64,000 nt of DNA, taken from NCBI GenBank assembly GCA_012295275.1, contig CM022675.1, positions 11,966,001 through 12,030,000 of the forward strand. Reading direction: 5' to 3'. Source of the DNA: Chrysomallon squamiferum. Its lineage: Eukaryota; Animalia; Mollusca. The notes below the pieces were generated by a model. The model was given only the letters and a program-made list of their open reading frames with translations, was not told the DNA's origin and searched no databases. The position numbers and the translations under genes were made by a program. Below are positions 14,112-26,817 of this stretch, piece by piece (the stretch's first letter is position 1; every line of letters starts with the position of its first letter).

Positions 14112-14739
14112 GTGCATAAAAATAAAAAAAAATATAATTTAACCTACGCTTTGGAAGATTATGAACTGTTATGCTACACAAAATGTGAATTTTTTCATGC
14201 GAGAAATATTTACATTGAAATAAAACTCCCACATTTCAAAACCAGTTATTAAGATGTTGACAAACAAGCGGAAAATATGATACACAAAGTAAACCCTAAC
14301 GTGCAACCCTCCCATAAATCAAAGCATGTGTGGCACTTATTTGATTTCACCACTGAATTGTAACGCTTGTTCTAGTTACGACTTGAGATGCGATTTTTGT
14401 TTATTTATATTTTTAGCATTTTTGCATGACCATCTTTCATCCAAATCCACAGGTTCATCATTCGTATGACATAATAAATGAATGTCTTGCACAGAAAGAG
14501 CAAAATAAAGCAAGTTAGTCTCATATTCATGTAAGAAAATTTGGTTTTCATTCAGTGGCTAATTCAGTATTAAAAAATACAAAGCTTGTCATTTTTCGTT
14601 AGGTCGTATCTGTTTGCTTTGGTTCACCTTTTCAGTAAAATTCAACGAAAAACGTGTAAAAGTATTTTACTATTTGCGCAATAAAATATGTACTGAATTA
14701 AAGGGGTTTTTTGCTGACAAATTGCATCATTCAAGAATA

Positions 14740-15540
14740 AGAATAAATGAAAATTAGAAATGGCAGTTTAAAGGGAAGAGATGGGCTGCAGGGCAGAACG
14801 ATTGTTGCTAGTCTTAATATCAACCACACCTTCAGTTAAGGAACTATGGAAGCCATATAATCCCGAAAAAAAAAATACGCTAGACGCCTTCTTCATGCTG
14901 CTAGAATGAGGTCACCGCGACCTGTCATCAAACCTCTGCTGACTCCAACACACCAACAGTACAGTCTTCTGTGACGTAATACCAGAAAGAACATGTGAAC
15001 GTCACAGCAAGACCCAGAGTTTCGCTGGTCAGAAGGGAAAGACGACTGATGACAGGGCACAAATGTGGAGCTGCATTTGACCAGTACAATATCCAACAGT
15101 TAGTTCCCTTTGCTGTCCGGACACTTGTCTTGGAATACCACTGAGGAGATGTCTAGGTCAGCGAGAAGTCCCGGGATTTATCCCTGTCGAGTATTTGTGG
15201 GATATTTCGTATCGCAGAGTGGAGAGATCTGTGGAGTCCACAGTTCAGAAACTGCAGGAACTTGTCGAATCAGCAGACCGTGGACAATGAGGCAGGGTGT
15301 TGTAGCTGACAGTCAGAAGAGTTGCTGTCAGCATCACGAGCAGACGTGAGCAGAAATGTCGTCCGGAGAGTAGAACAGTTTCCGAACACGAGGCTTGTTA
15401 GTCGAAGCGACTTTAATGCTCGACGTTGTCAAACCGCGATTTCTTTTCTAAACTTCTTCTCATTGACGTAAATGCATTGTCAATACAGACATCAGTGGTT
15501 CACGATTTTTATTGATACCGTAATTTGACAGAGTGTTATG
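14740..15540 (+). mobile_element. Decayed Tc1/mariner transposase remnant in intron 1 of EGF-ZP copy A
   Basis: Translated pieces RRLLHAARMRSPRPVIKPLLTPTHQQ (near 14882-14960) and SARSP/PVEYLWDISYRRV (near 15159-15222) resemble the Tc1 motifs RRP.KKPLLT and WP..SPDLNPIE.LW. Stops and frameshifts are present; TIRs were not located. Confidence 0.7.
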
Positions 15541-15788
15541 TGTCATCAACAGCGGAGTATTGTTTAACACACACACACACACACACACACGAACACACAC
15601 ACACACACAACACACACACACACACACATATATATATAACTGTCATAATTAAAATTTACTAATTCTTGTCATAGTGTTCCAAACCCCTAGACATTATAAC
15701 GAGCAGTTTAAGTACTGGCTCCGTGACAGTAATACATCTTTAAAGCAAAGCAAAACATTTAAATAATAGAGAATCTTTAGAAACTTAC

Positions 15789-16033
15789 CTGTGTCGAGTT
15801 CCTTTGGTTTATCTCACTGCACTGTACTGGTTTCTTTTTATCTCTGTCAACTTTATGTCGACTGAGTGAGAATTTAAAATGATTAAAACTCACGCTGACG
15901 TAACATTTAAGATTTAAGAAGGTAAGAAAGTATGACAGCTTTGTTCCACCTCTTCAGATGTCGACCAATAGATTATTTTGTAACAAAACACATTCTGGCC
16001 ATTGAGGTGTCGTCAGACGTAATTATTGTCAAG
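15789..16033 (-). promoter_or_regulatory. Promoter and non-coding first exon of EGF-ZP copy A
   Basis: Donor CAG|GTAAGT at 15789/15788, TATA-like CATAAAG at 15857-15851, CCAAT at 15965-15969 with the second box degenerated to CCATT at 15999-16003. Homologous to 338-568 and 26048-26292. Confidence 0.7.
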
Positions 16034-16107
16034 AAATCCTGGCTAAACCAGTTAGAGTGTATTTTTATCATTTTCCAGCCGAGTAACCTAGTATATTCAC
16101 TCGAGAT

Positions 16108-16143
<36 letters not shown>

Positions 16144-16432
16144 TAATGACTGGTCAGTCGAGTATAAAAAAATAAAAATAAAAAAAATTAAACGAGTGAA
16201 AATACTTGGATACAGAAAACAAACGAACGAACTGAATAAATAAATAAATAAATAAGATTGTAAGTAAGTAGGTATGTAAGTAAGTCAGTAAGTAAATAAA
16301 TAAATGAGTTTGGTTTTTCAGAATAGTCTGCAGTATGCAACTTTATGTCAACGTTGTTCTGGAAAAGTTGACGCTAAGGGTTTCCTCGATATGGTATGAA
16401 ATTCAGTTTAACCAGAATCACATAAGACAACA

Positions 16433-16506
<74 letters not shown>

Positions 16507-17843
16507 CCCCTCTCTCTCAGTCGCAAAATTGTAAAGTTTACAAGTCAGGAGAGTTTTGACATTATTTGCTCCACCTAAAAATGATGAGTAACACAGGTTG
16601 TAAAATATATGTTTATTTATATACATTTATAAATAATTGAAAAAACTTGAATTAAGCATGTTTCAAACACATTATTTACACTTGAGAGGATTTTGAAAAG
16701 AAGATTTTAATATATAGAAACGAGATACTCTTTGTGCCTTTCAGAGAGATTGCCGCACTTAGCTGCATGTGGTAGAGGAAAGAAAGAGTTTGCTTGTATG
16801 CAAGTCATGTTAAGTCACTAGGAAAAACACGGATCAACACAACATTTTTGTCTCTTCTGGATTTTCACAATAATAATCTCATGGTGAACGAGTGCAAAAA
16901 ATTGATTCAAAATCAAGTCAGTAAAATCTTCTGAAATGGTTCCAAGGATGTGTTTTTTTGAAAATGCTTTTTCGAGATGTAAAAATTGTTTGGTTTTTTT
17001 TTTTCCAGTTATTACGAAAGGATACTTTCAAAATAGTTTTTGAAAAAAAATTTAAACAGATTAGAAACGTCTTTGTGTTTTTCTAGAAGTGTATTTGTGT
17101 ACTGAACGCTTTGTATATAATTTTTTTTTTTTAATGTTTTATGTGACTGTGTCAGAACTGACCAGTTTGACCACGTACCTTGTAGTAGTGTGTTCCTCTG
17201 GGACAGCTTGTCGTTGACCAGGGTCATTGTGTAAGGACACATACTATCATGTAGTCGAGATGTTGTTTTATCAGGAAAATGGTAACCAGCAAGACATTGA
17301 GGTCATCGTTCATTGTCTTCATGCAATGTACACAGTCTCCTGGTCAGTCTGGTATAAACAGTGTGAGATTGAAGAGCTGTGTGAGAAATGTTGAAATCAC
17401 AGCAGGAAATCTTCTTCACTGAACGAGTGTACAGTTCAGATGAACAAAGGTAACTACAATTTTACTCTTCTGTTTAACCTTGATCTGATTGTTGTGACAG
17501 ATACTATTATTTTAATAGTGTACTACATCAATATTCTTTACACAAAAATCCGCAATAATCTTGCAATGTAGTCTGCTGATTTCACCAATCTAGTATAAAA
17601 TAAAGGCTACTTGGTAGTGTAAAATTGTGTCAGGTAATCTTTGAGAAATGTAGATAGATATCGCTGTCATTGTTCATTCTGTCGTACTCTCCCTTTCGTG
17701 TTGATCAAAGCACGAGATGCAAAACAAGAATGTTTAGTGTTCGTCTATAAATATTCAGCCCGAGATGCTCTCAGACTTGTAAAAAACCCAGATATGTTTA
17801 GAAAAGCTAGCTCCGAAAACCTGATTACTTATGTAGAGAAGTC

Positions 17844-18615
17844 AGAGACAGCTTGTTGTAGCAGGAGACAGAGTAGAGACAGAGTACAGACAGCTTGTTG
17901 TAGCAGGAGACAGAGTAGAGACAGCTTGTTGTAGCAGGAGACAGAATAGAGACAGCTTGTTGTAGCAGGAGACAGAGTAGAGACAGAGTAGAGACAGCTT
18001 GTTGAAACAGGAGACAGAGTAGAGACAGCTTGTTGTAGCAGGAGACAGAGTAGAGACAGCTTGTTGTAGCAGGAGACAGAGTAGAGACACCTTGTTGTAG
18101 CAGGAGACAGAATAGAGACAGCTTGTTGTAGCAGGAGAAAGAGTAGAGACAGCTTGTAGCAGGAGACAGAGTAGAGACAGCTTGTTGTAGCAGGAGACAG
18201 AGTAGAGACAGTTTGTTGCAGGAGACAGAGTAGAGACAGCTTGTAGCAGGAGACAGAGTAGAGACAGCTTGTTGTAGCAGGAGACAGAGTAGAGACAGCT
18301 TGTAGCAGGAGACAGAGTAGAGACAGCTTGTAGCAGGAGACAGAGTAGAGACAGCTTGTAGCAGCAGACAGAGTAGAGACAGCTTGTAGCAGGAGACAGT
18401 AGATACAGCTTGTAGCAGGAGACAGAATAGAGACAGCTTGTAGCAGCAGGAGACAGAGTAGAGACAGCTTGTTGTAGCAGGAGACAGAGTAGAGACAGTT
18501 TGTTGTAGCAGGAGACAGAGTCGAGACAGCTTGTAGCAGGAGACAGAATAGAGACAGCTTGTAGTAGCAGGAGACAGAGTAGAGACAGTTTGTTGAAGCA
18601 GGAGACAGAGTAGAG
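17844..18615. repeat. Minisatellite, 28/31-bp units (AGAGACAGCTTG[TTG]TAGCAGGAGACAGAGT), about 25 copies
   Basis: Visible tandem array. It explains the spurious 282-aa ORF at 17829-18677. Confidence 0.95.
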
Positions 18616-19667
18616 AAAAATAAACTACATTTTGAAACAGAACATTCTGAAATCTTCAAACACTCAGTAGGCATCACCTGTTATTCAAAAGATAAAACAC
18701 ATTTTTTTTGTTGTGTTAATCAACCCAGCATGGCTGATATTTGCTCTCTGTTCCACCTTGATGATTGCATCGATCCAGTAGGATTTGCAAAATACATCCC
18801 TAAGTAATATATTACAATGATTAACTGACAGGATAAAATGTAAATTGGTCATTTGTAGGTTGTTATCCTCGAGCCAAGCCAATGTGGGTATTAATCTACC
18901 CGACACCAGAACATCTAATGCAAATAGCATATGGACAGATTTAGAAAAATTAATGTTATATCCATTACAGGGTATTCTGAAGCAGTCGTTTCAAATATCT
19001 TTAAATAATGTATTCATCACTAATAACAGGATAACTAAAACCTATTCACAGTTTAAAATCAGGGAAACGGTTTCTTTAGTATCTGTATATTAAATAAATT
19101 AGTTTTCCCCTTCACTGAGTTTTTATTTATAAATAAATAGAATAAAATAAGACAAAACAACAAATTTTATTTAAAGAAATAATCAGGTTTTTTATTTTTT
19201 ATTCTTTTTTTGTTTATTTTTAAAAAAGTTTTACAAAAAATATATCACCATTTTCACAATAAAATGAAAATTGTAAAATATACAGTAAATTATTCTTATC
19301 AAACTTTTCATATACAAATTTTTATACATTTCTTTTGGATCTTAAGTACATCTATAAAAATGAAAAAATTTGTTACATGTCTATTACTGATATTTTTTTG
19401 TTGTTGTTTAAAATGAAATGGGGACATAAAATACACACATAATATAACAGCATAGTTCAGATAAGTGAGATATTTATTACTAATTTATTATAATCTGTAT
19501 TTGTTTAACTGTTTATTTTCTGTCTTCTGCATTCACTCAAGTGAAATTAGCCCTAAGATATTTGAGAGTTACTTGTTGTTCATAATTATACTTAATTTAA
19601 TATTGCTTTTGTTTAAAAATAAAAATATAGATTTATAGAAAGTAAACAAAGGTTTGACAGCAATAAG

Positions 19668-21915
19668 CTATACGTAGGCTGGTGTTAGACTGATGTCAAT
19701 GCCATGTTCTGCAAGACTGGCAGGTTTTTTTCTGTTCTTTCTCTCTTTGTCTGCAACAAAGGAATGAACATTTTTTAAGTTTTAAATTCTACAAGATAAA
19801 CCAATGTGGTTTGTTCTCTTTGTTCTTATTTTGAGGTTTTATTTTTTATTTATTTATTTAATTTATTTTTTGGGGGGGTAAATAATTATATCAGTTTTAA
19901 TAGCCCACATTAATACAACACTAACATATCTTTAAGTTATAACATATGTAATATTTATATTACAAAACTATAATAATTTCTTTTTCTTTTTTCTTTCTTT
20001 CATTTTTTTTGTTTTGTTTTGTTTTTGTTAAGTAATTCTAAAAATGACAAACTTTCAGCATGTTGTACTGTTAGGCAGGGGTCAATATTTTTATATAAAT
20101 TTCATGATTTTGACTAAGTTTAACATTTTTATATGATAAAGATAATACAGCTATGGAAAGTTTTGTTTATCATTATTTACCATGTTTGAACATCCTGAAG
20201 ACAAATGTGTCTAGGTTTCCTCTGAGTTTTTGAAACTGTTTTGGATGATGGTTTTGATATCCATTTGACATGTTACTTTCAGCAAAGCTGCAAAATATCA
20301 GCAAACATAAAAAAATATTTCATTAAAACTTGCAGTCTACAATTTTATCTGACTGATACAAATATCTGAATAGGTTTTAGAACAGTAATATGACAAATCA
20401 AGTTAATGTAAAATTGGGGAAAACGAAATTATGATGTCTTGAAAACAAAAGAAAAATGAAAGAAATATGTTTTTATTTTATAATAATATTGTAAAATATT
20501 TACAATTACTAACATTTGAATCTGGTTCCCAGTTCTGCAAACATTGTCCTGGTAAACAATCTGCAATAATAATAGAAAGTCAAAATTTAATTTTGTTTAC
20601 TTTCAAATTAATTTTTTTTTTTTTTTCAGATTTAGTTCTAGTGAAATATTTTTATTCATTTTACACAGTTTTTACTTTTTATTTTTTTATTTCTTTTTTT
20701 TTTATTATTATATTAATTTTTTTTTATATTAATTAAAATGGGACTGAAATAAGAACAATGATTGTATTTTTTTATTTTTTGTTGTATTAAATAAAACATG
20801 ACTGAAATAAGAATAACGATTGTGTTTTAATTTTTTGTTCTATTAATTAAAACTTGACATGAAATAAGAATAATGTTTATATTTTTTTGTTCTATTAATT
20901 AAAACTGGACATGAAATAAGAATAATGTTTATATTTTTTGGTTCTATTAATTAAAAGTGACTGAAACAAGAATAATGATTGTGTGTTTGTTAAAAAGTGA
21001 TACTCACTCTCTTTGACAGGATGAAATCTTCTGGCTTTGGAGTGTTTGGAGTGTTTATGTTCTGAATGAAGAAACACATTGACTTTGTATTAAACACTTT
21101 TAACACTACATCATTCTCATTATAACAGAAAAACACTGTCATATATATTCATATCAATACTGGTATAAACAAATCAAGTCTTGGCTTCTCGTGCTAAAAG
21201 GTGATTAAGAAATTAATCCTACAGCTAAAACAATGTTAAAAACTTTTAAATTTGAATTTTTATTAATCTAATTAAAGTCAATTATCTTCTTTTTTCTATC
21301 TTTTTCATGATATATGAAAAATTATTTTGTTTAAATTACAATTTTATTTTTTAAAGATACAAGACATGAAACCCCAAAATCACTCTACAGTTATGACCTA
21401 TTTTATGTAAATTTTATCACAGACAGGAAAACATAAAACAGGCTTTAACACATCACCTGTAGGAACTGACTGCAATAGGAAAAATCACAAATTAAAGATA
21501 TTTAATCATGTATCCATCAAATATCAGAAGAGAACTTTAACTAACAGACTAGTTACGTTCTCCAATTTGTACCAGATTTAAACATAACAACCATCCATTT
21601 TTTTTCTTTTCTTAAGATTTACACAGTTTTTAAAATGATTCGCTATATGGAAAATGTCCTGTTATGAATGGCAAAACAACTATCTATTAACAGACAAAAT
21701 CTTGACAAACACTAACCAGAAACTTAGTCACGTCTTCATACATATCAGATCCACTGAAGTGAGAAATGATGTCATCCATCATCGACCAATCAGAATCCAG
21801 ACTGATTTCTTTCTGTTCAGCTACGTATTTGTCTGAATCATCAATATCTCCATCACAAGCAAGAGAGAAAAAAGATTCATCTGATGGACACACTTAAAAA
21901 AATAAAATAATAAAT

Positions 21916-21956
<41 letters not shown>

Positions 21957-23854
21957 TTAAAAAAATATAAATAAATAAACAATATGTTATTTTCATAATT
22001 TTATAATTCTAATATTTTCTTAATGTATATTCATCATAAAATAATATATTACCAAGTAAGTTATGTAGTATGTCATCATCATCATCATCATCATAATAAT
22101 AATGTGTTAGTTTCATTTATGTCGAATTAATTTTATTAATTTATTCCTAATATAATAAGATTACAAAGTAAGTGATTCAACATGTCCACCAAATTTTCCT
22201 TTTTTAAAAACAAGTCAGTGATTTAGAAACAAAAAGACAAGTTTGTGGTATTTTTTAACTTCTTAATAATTATATAATAACAGTTTTTTCTAAAAACTAG
22301 CACAGTTGAAAAATTGTTTCTTTGATTTGCTTTGTCTTAAAGAGATGGATGTCAATGAAGTATATTAGTTATAAACTGTTAGTTACTGCTAGGTGTTACT
22401 TATAAGATTAATGTATGACAGAATAAAATTATTTTTCTAGTTTAAAATACTTACCATCAGATTTATCAGACTGAAAAGTAAATAAATGTAATTAATTTTA
22501 CTTTATTATTGTTTGTATTTTATTTACTACTTTTATTACAAAACTCTTGTGGTGTATTTTTCATAAATATTTTATTGTTGATTGAAAAATGATCTCTGTT
22601 TTATAAATGTTTTATTCTTTCATATTTTAACACAGTTATTGGGAGTTTTCTTGCTGTTTTGAATAAAGCTGTTTATTTGTTGTCTTAGTTCTGAAGTATG
22701 GAATATTTTTAAAACGAATAATGTTTGATAAAATAATAAGATATGATGATAAAACAGAACTGTTTTCATGAATATGAAATAAAAATTTAACACTTACCTG
22801 TATCTCATCTGAGGGTAGTGGGCTTTCAGGAAATGTTTTTTCCTGAAATAAAATATAATAAATTATTAACAGAAGTACAAAACATTTCAAAACAATCACC
22901 TCTGTTACTCCTATTATTAGAAGACAAAAAGTTTTCAGTTAACAGGATAATTCTGAATAAATATAAACCCATTTAAAGTGATAATTATAAACAAATATAA
23001 GCCTGTTTTGTTCCAATAACAAAATTAATACAGTTAAAAGTTAAATATTAATAATGAAATTTACAAAAATAAAACATGAAATTAATAATTACAAATAACT
23101 TGGCAAGTTCCTTATGGTCATCAGATGAGTGAAATTCTCTAACAATTTCATCGAGGAGTGACCACGAGCTGTCCAGACGAAAGTCAAAATCAATGTCATC
23201 CTCAAAGAAATTTGTACAGGAGGAACTTGGAGACACTGAAAGTGCAATTAACAGATTCATTAATTTACATTTATTATTTTAACATTAAAAGGACTGTAAT
23301 TAGTAATACTGTATAAACCTTTATTACACAGACACAGAAATTCATAAACTTGTAGAAATAGAATTATATATAAATATCAGTAAAATAATCTGTAATTTTT
23401 GGTATCCAGTGTGATTTATAAATTAATTTGTCTACAATTGTTAAATAAAATTAAACCACATACTACTACTGACTAGAAATATATTAAAAATTTATCCTTT
23501 CTAACTAACTGATCTACTCACAATAGGTGCTGGAGACTGGAGAGCTTATGTCTGTAAAATGGATTTGTTCTGGATCCTGGAAACAAAGTTAGAAATAAAA
23601 TTCATATTAGTATTATTATTGTTGTTATTATTGTTGTTTTTATTATTATTGTTATTATTATTATTATTATTATTGAAATCAAATCAATAATTGAACATTT
23701 TATTTAATCTAATTCATTTCTGTTTATCTTTTTAACCAGTGTTTTTAATATTGATTAAAACAGATTTATTTCATTAATACGGTTTCTAAATGACAAACAG
23801 ATATATTATAAATAATTTATTTGTTTATTTATTTATTTAATACATTTTAATTTA

Positions 23855-23886
<32 letters not shown>

Positions 23887-24759
23887 TTAAAATAAAATAT
23901 TATAAAATTTTAAATATTCATTCAGTAAAAACGTACATCGCTTGTGAGATGGGAAAATTGGTCAGAATCTTCATAAGCATTCCATTCCCTGGAAACAAAA
24001 TAATTAAAATTAGTTGTACTATTACAAATGCATTTTTAATACAATAATCTATCCTTGTGACTAGAATGCTTTATAATGGTGTTTTGAGACAGCCTACGAA
24101 ATATCAACTCTGACATATTTGTAAACGTTTATGACAGGTTAATTTATGTAATTAACGATCTCTTGGCACTAAATTCATTTATTAACTTATTTTTAACTTA
24201 TGTTTTAAGTTTGTTTTTTTAAAACAAAAAGAAAAATTATAAACATAGAAACGGAAATACAGAGCTATAATCATTATGTCCGTATAATCAAATGCACAAA
24301 AATCTCATTTATAGTCCTGCATAGTATGTAATGAAATTGAAATTCAGAGCAATGATTAATAACTGATTTTAGATTGCTGAGTTTAAAGTTAAAATACTAA
24401 CGTCTCAGGTCGCCATAAACAAGGGATATAACTCTTATCTGTCATTATACTTGAAATACAAAATGGTTCCGTTTTATAAAAAAATGTATCCTGACGATAA
24501 ATATTCAACGAAATTATAATTACTAAATTTTAGAGAGAAAAAATTAAATATTGTATTGCTTTTCCAATTAGTAATAATGGAATTAATAAAAGAAATACTT
24601 ATATTATATTATAAATTTATCAACAAATGAAAATAATGGTTTTCGAGTACTGAAGACACAGATTTGAAAATCTTACTCCGAGCTTTGATCAAGTGACGTC
24701 ACCGATGGTGTGCAAACGATTTCGATTGCATCTTTCTTTTGTTTCGATCGCCGCTTCAT
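19668..24759 (-). CDS. Uncharacterised 11-exon protein, about 286 aa, Ser/Asp-rich, with a duplicated LDSxWS..D.I...F..SD motif
   Basis: Exons 24759-24677 (MKRRSKQKKDAIEIVCTPS), 23988-23937, 23576-23522, 23235-23093, 22842-22798, 22470-22455 (16-nt microexon), 21892-21717, 21061-21008, 20560-20514, 20287-20181, 19750-19668 (..GIDISLTPAYV*). All have GT-AG ends and join into one 861-nt frame without stops. Family not recognised. Confidence 0.72.
20725..20982. repeat. About 55-bp AT-rich tandem repeat (TTAATTAAAA...TGAAATAAGAATAA), 4-5 copies, intronic
   Basis: GAAATAAGAA recurs at about 20747, 20804, 20861, 20913 and 20963 (variant). Confidence 0.75.
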
Positions 24760-24870
24760 CTTTAATATTTTTTAAATCGAGTGAATTTCGCAGGACATTC
24801 ATTTTTCTGAAGCAGAAAAAATCTGTTCACTTAGAAAATTCTAAATTAATTTAATTCGTAGTCATAGAGA

Positions 24871-24878
24871 TGACGTCA
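24871..24878. promoter_or_regulatory. Full CRE palindrome TGACGTCA about 110 bp upstream of the uncharacterised gene's ATG
   Basis: Exact 8-mer in a CpG-poor background; a second TGACGTCA sits at 24694-24701 in exon 1. Function not demonstrated. Confidence 0.4.
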
Positions 24879-24981
24879 CATATACGTTCTTCTAGGCCCG
24901 TTACATTTGGCTGAATTCGGAACAAGTCGGTAAACAGAAGTAGAATTAATTGGAAACAATTTTTATTATAAACAATACGAT

Positions 24982-25038
<57 letters not shown>

Positions 25039-25993
25039 TAATATAACTTAATTATAAACTGAATAATTATCTTTAATATGGAAGAATATCAGTATGGGGC
25101 CTGTAAGAAATGGGTCTATTCTTCCGGTTGGGTAAACTTCGAATATTAGGTTCCTAGAAATGTTGTTCCTAATCTTTACTCAGGATAATGTTTAACTTCA
25201 TAGAAATGAATATTTCACGTGCACATTGAACCAACTAATAAATAAGTAATTTTAATACAGTTAAAGAAAATGTTTTATGTAAGCAAACGATGCATAATAT
25301 ATCACATTCGAGATGAAACTGAGCAAAAGGCAGAAACTGTTCCAAATGAATGAATGAATGAATGAAAAAAATTAACGTGCTAATCAGAGCTAGCTGTTGT
25401 GAAGCACGTCTACGACGGGCACGCTTTCTGACAGGTCAGCGGGTGTGTCCGTCGCAGAAAAGAGTTTCGGGTAAGGTAAGAGAATGCTTTCTCGTTACGA
25501 TTGCAGGACACAAGGGAGTGTCCAACATATCGGATCGTAACGAGTCGGTTCCGATGTCCCAAATATTTTATTAAAGCTTAAATAATCAGCTATCTGTATA
25601 CACATAATGCCCGCTTTATTAATTTATGAAAAGATGTAGTCTTGTACACACAACAAACAAGCAAAGAAAAAAAAATAGAGATATAAATATGTATGTAGGT
25701 ACAGAAATTTGGATGGATTTATTTTTTTATATTTTTGTATGTGTATGCGTGTATATATATTATATATACATGATATACGCACATACATAATTATATACAT
25801 AGATATTAGTTATATGCGACCTGCGTGTTTGTATAATGAACAGATACATACATGCTCATACATACACGCATGCATACATATATACATTCGTGTTAGTATG
25901 TTTATACTGTATGTATATATATATATAGTTATGTATGTATGTATGTTTGTATATATGTATGTATGTATGTATGTTTGCATGTATGTTTGTATT

Positions 25994-26028
<35 letters not shown>

Positions 26029-26047
26029 CAGGTTGTAGAAGGTTCAA

Positions 26048-26292
26048 TGACAATAAACATGTCTTACGACATCCCATTGGTCAGAACTTGTTTTATTACG
26101 AAATATTGTATTGGTCGACCTTTTAAGAGCGGAAACAAAGCTGTCATAATTTCTTCCAACTTGTACATTATACTGACATAACTTTTAAAACTCATTACAA
26201 ATTATCACTGTGTTAATATAAAGTTGTCAGAGATATAGAGAAGAAAAGAAATCGATTTAGTTCAGTCATATGAGCCAGCGGGCTGGACAGAG
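26048..26292 (+). promoter_or_regulatory. Promoter and non-coding first exon of EGF-ZP copy B
   Basis: ATTGG at 26076-26080 and 26110-26114, TATAAA at 26217-26222, donor GAG|GTAAGT at 26292/26293. Reverse-complement match to the two other promoter copies. Confidence 0.72.
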
Positions 26293-26496
26293 GTAAGTTT
26301 TTGAAGATTTTATATTATATTATAAGTAACAAATAAATAAATAAATAAATAAGTACATAAATAAATAAATAATCATTTAAAGTGCATTTTAAAAAGTGTA
26401 ATGCTCTTATTTAAAAATGTATTAAGAGAAACGTATTATGGAAATAAGTGTTTTGTTAACGTAACTTTAGGTAATTTTAGAAATGAAGAATGATAA

Positions 26497-26590
<94 letters not shown>

Positions 26591-26786
26591 ATATTATATA
26601 TACTGCGATTTTCAATTTCATGATCTGTATTATTATCACGATGATCAACATTTGAACAGCGGCCCTCTGTCGGCAAATTTTGTTCAACTGATGGTTTGTC
26701 GGTGTCGACAAATCATAATGATCTTATGTTTTGCCGATGTTGGCTCTTTATTCCGTTTGTTCATCGTTTCAAGGACAGCCCTGTAT

Positions 26787-26817
<31 letters not shown>

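Noticed and set aside
17844-18615. CRISPR-like regular repeats (also 30947-31320 and 47380-47670)
   Set aside because: Units are contiguous with no unique spacers, there are no cas genes, and the context is eukaryotic.
17829-18677. 282-aa Cys/Leu/Ser-rich ORF
   Set aside because: It is the translation of a 28/31-bp minisatellite whose unit lengths are not multiples of three; the peptide cycles through all frames.
17353-19093. TATAAA at about 17353, a donor at about 17449 and short ORFs at 18685-19093 suggesting a further gene
   Set aside because: No coherent spliced frame or recognisable motif could be built; stops interrupt the candidate frames.
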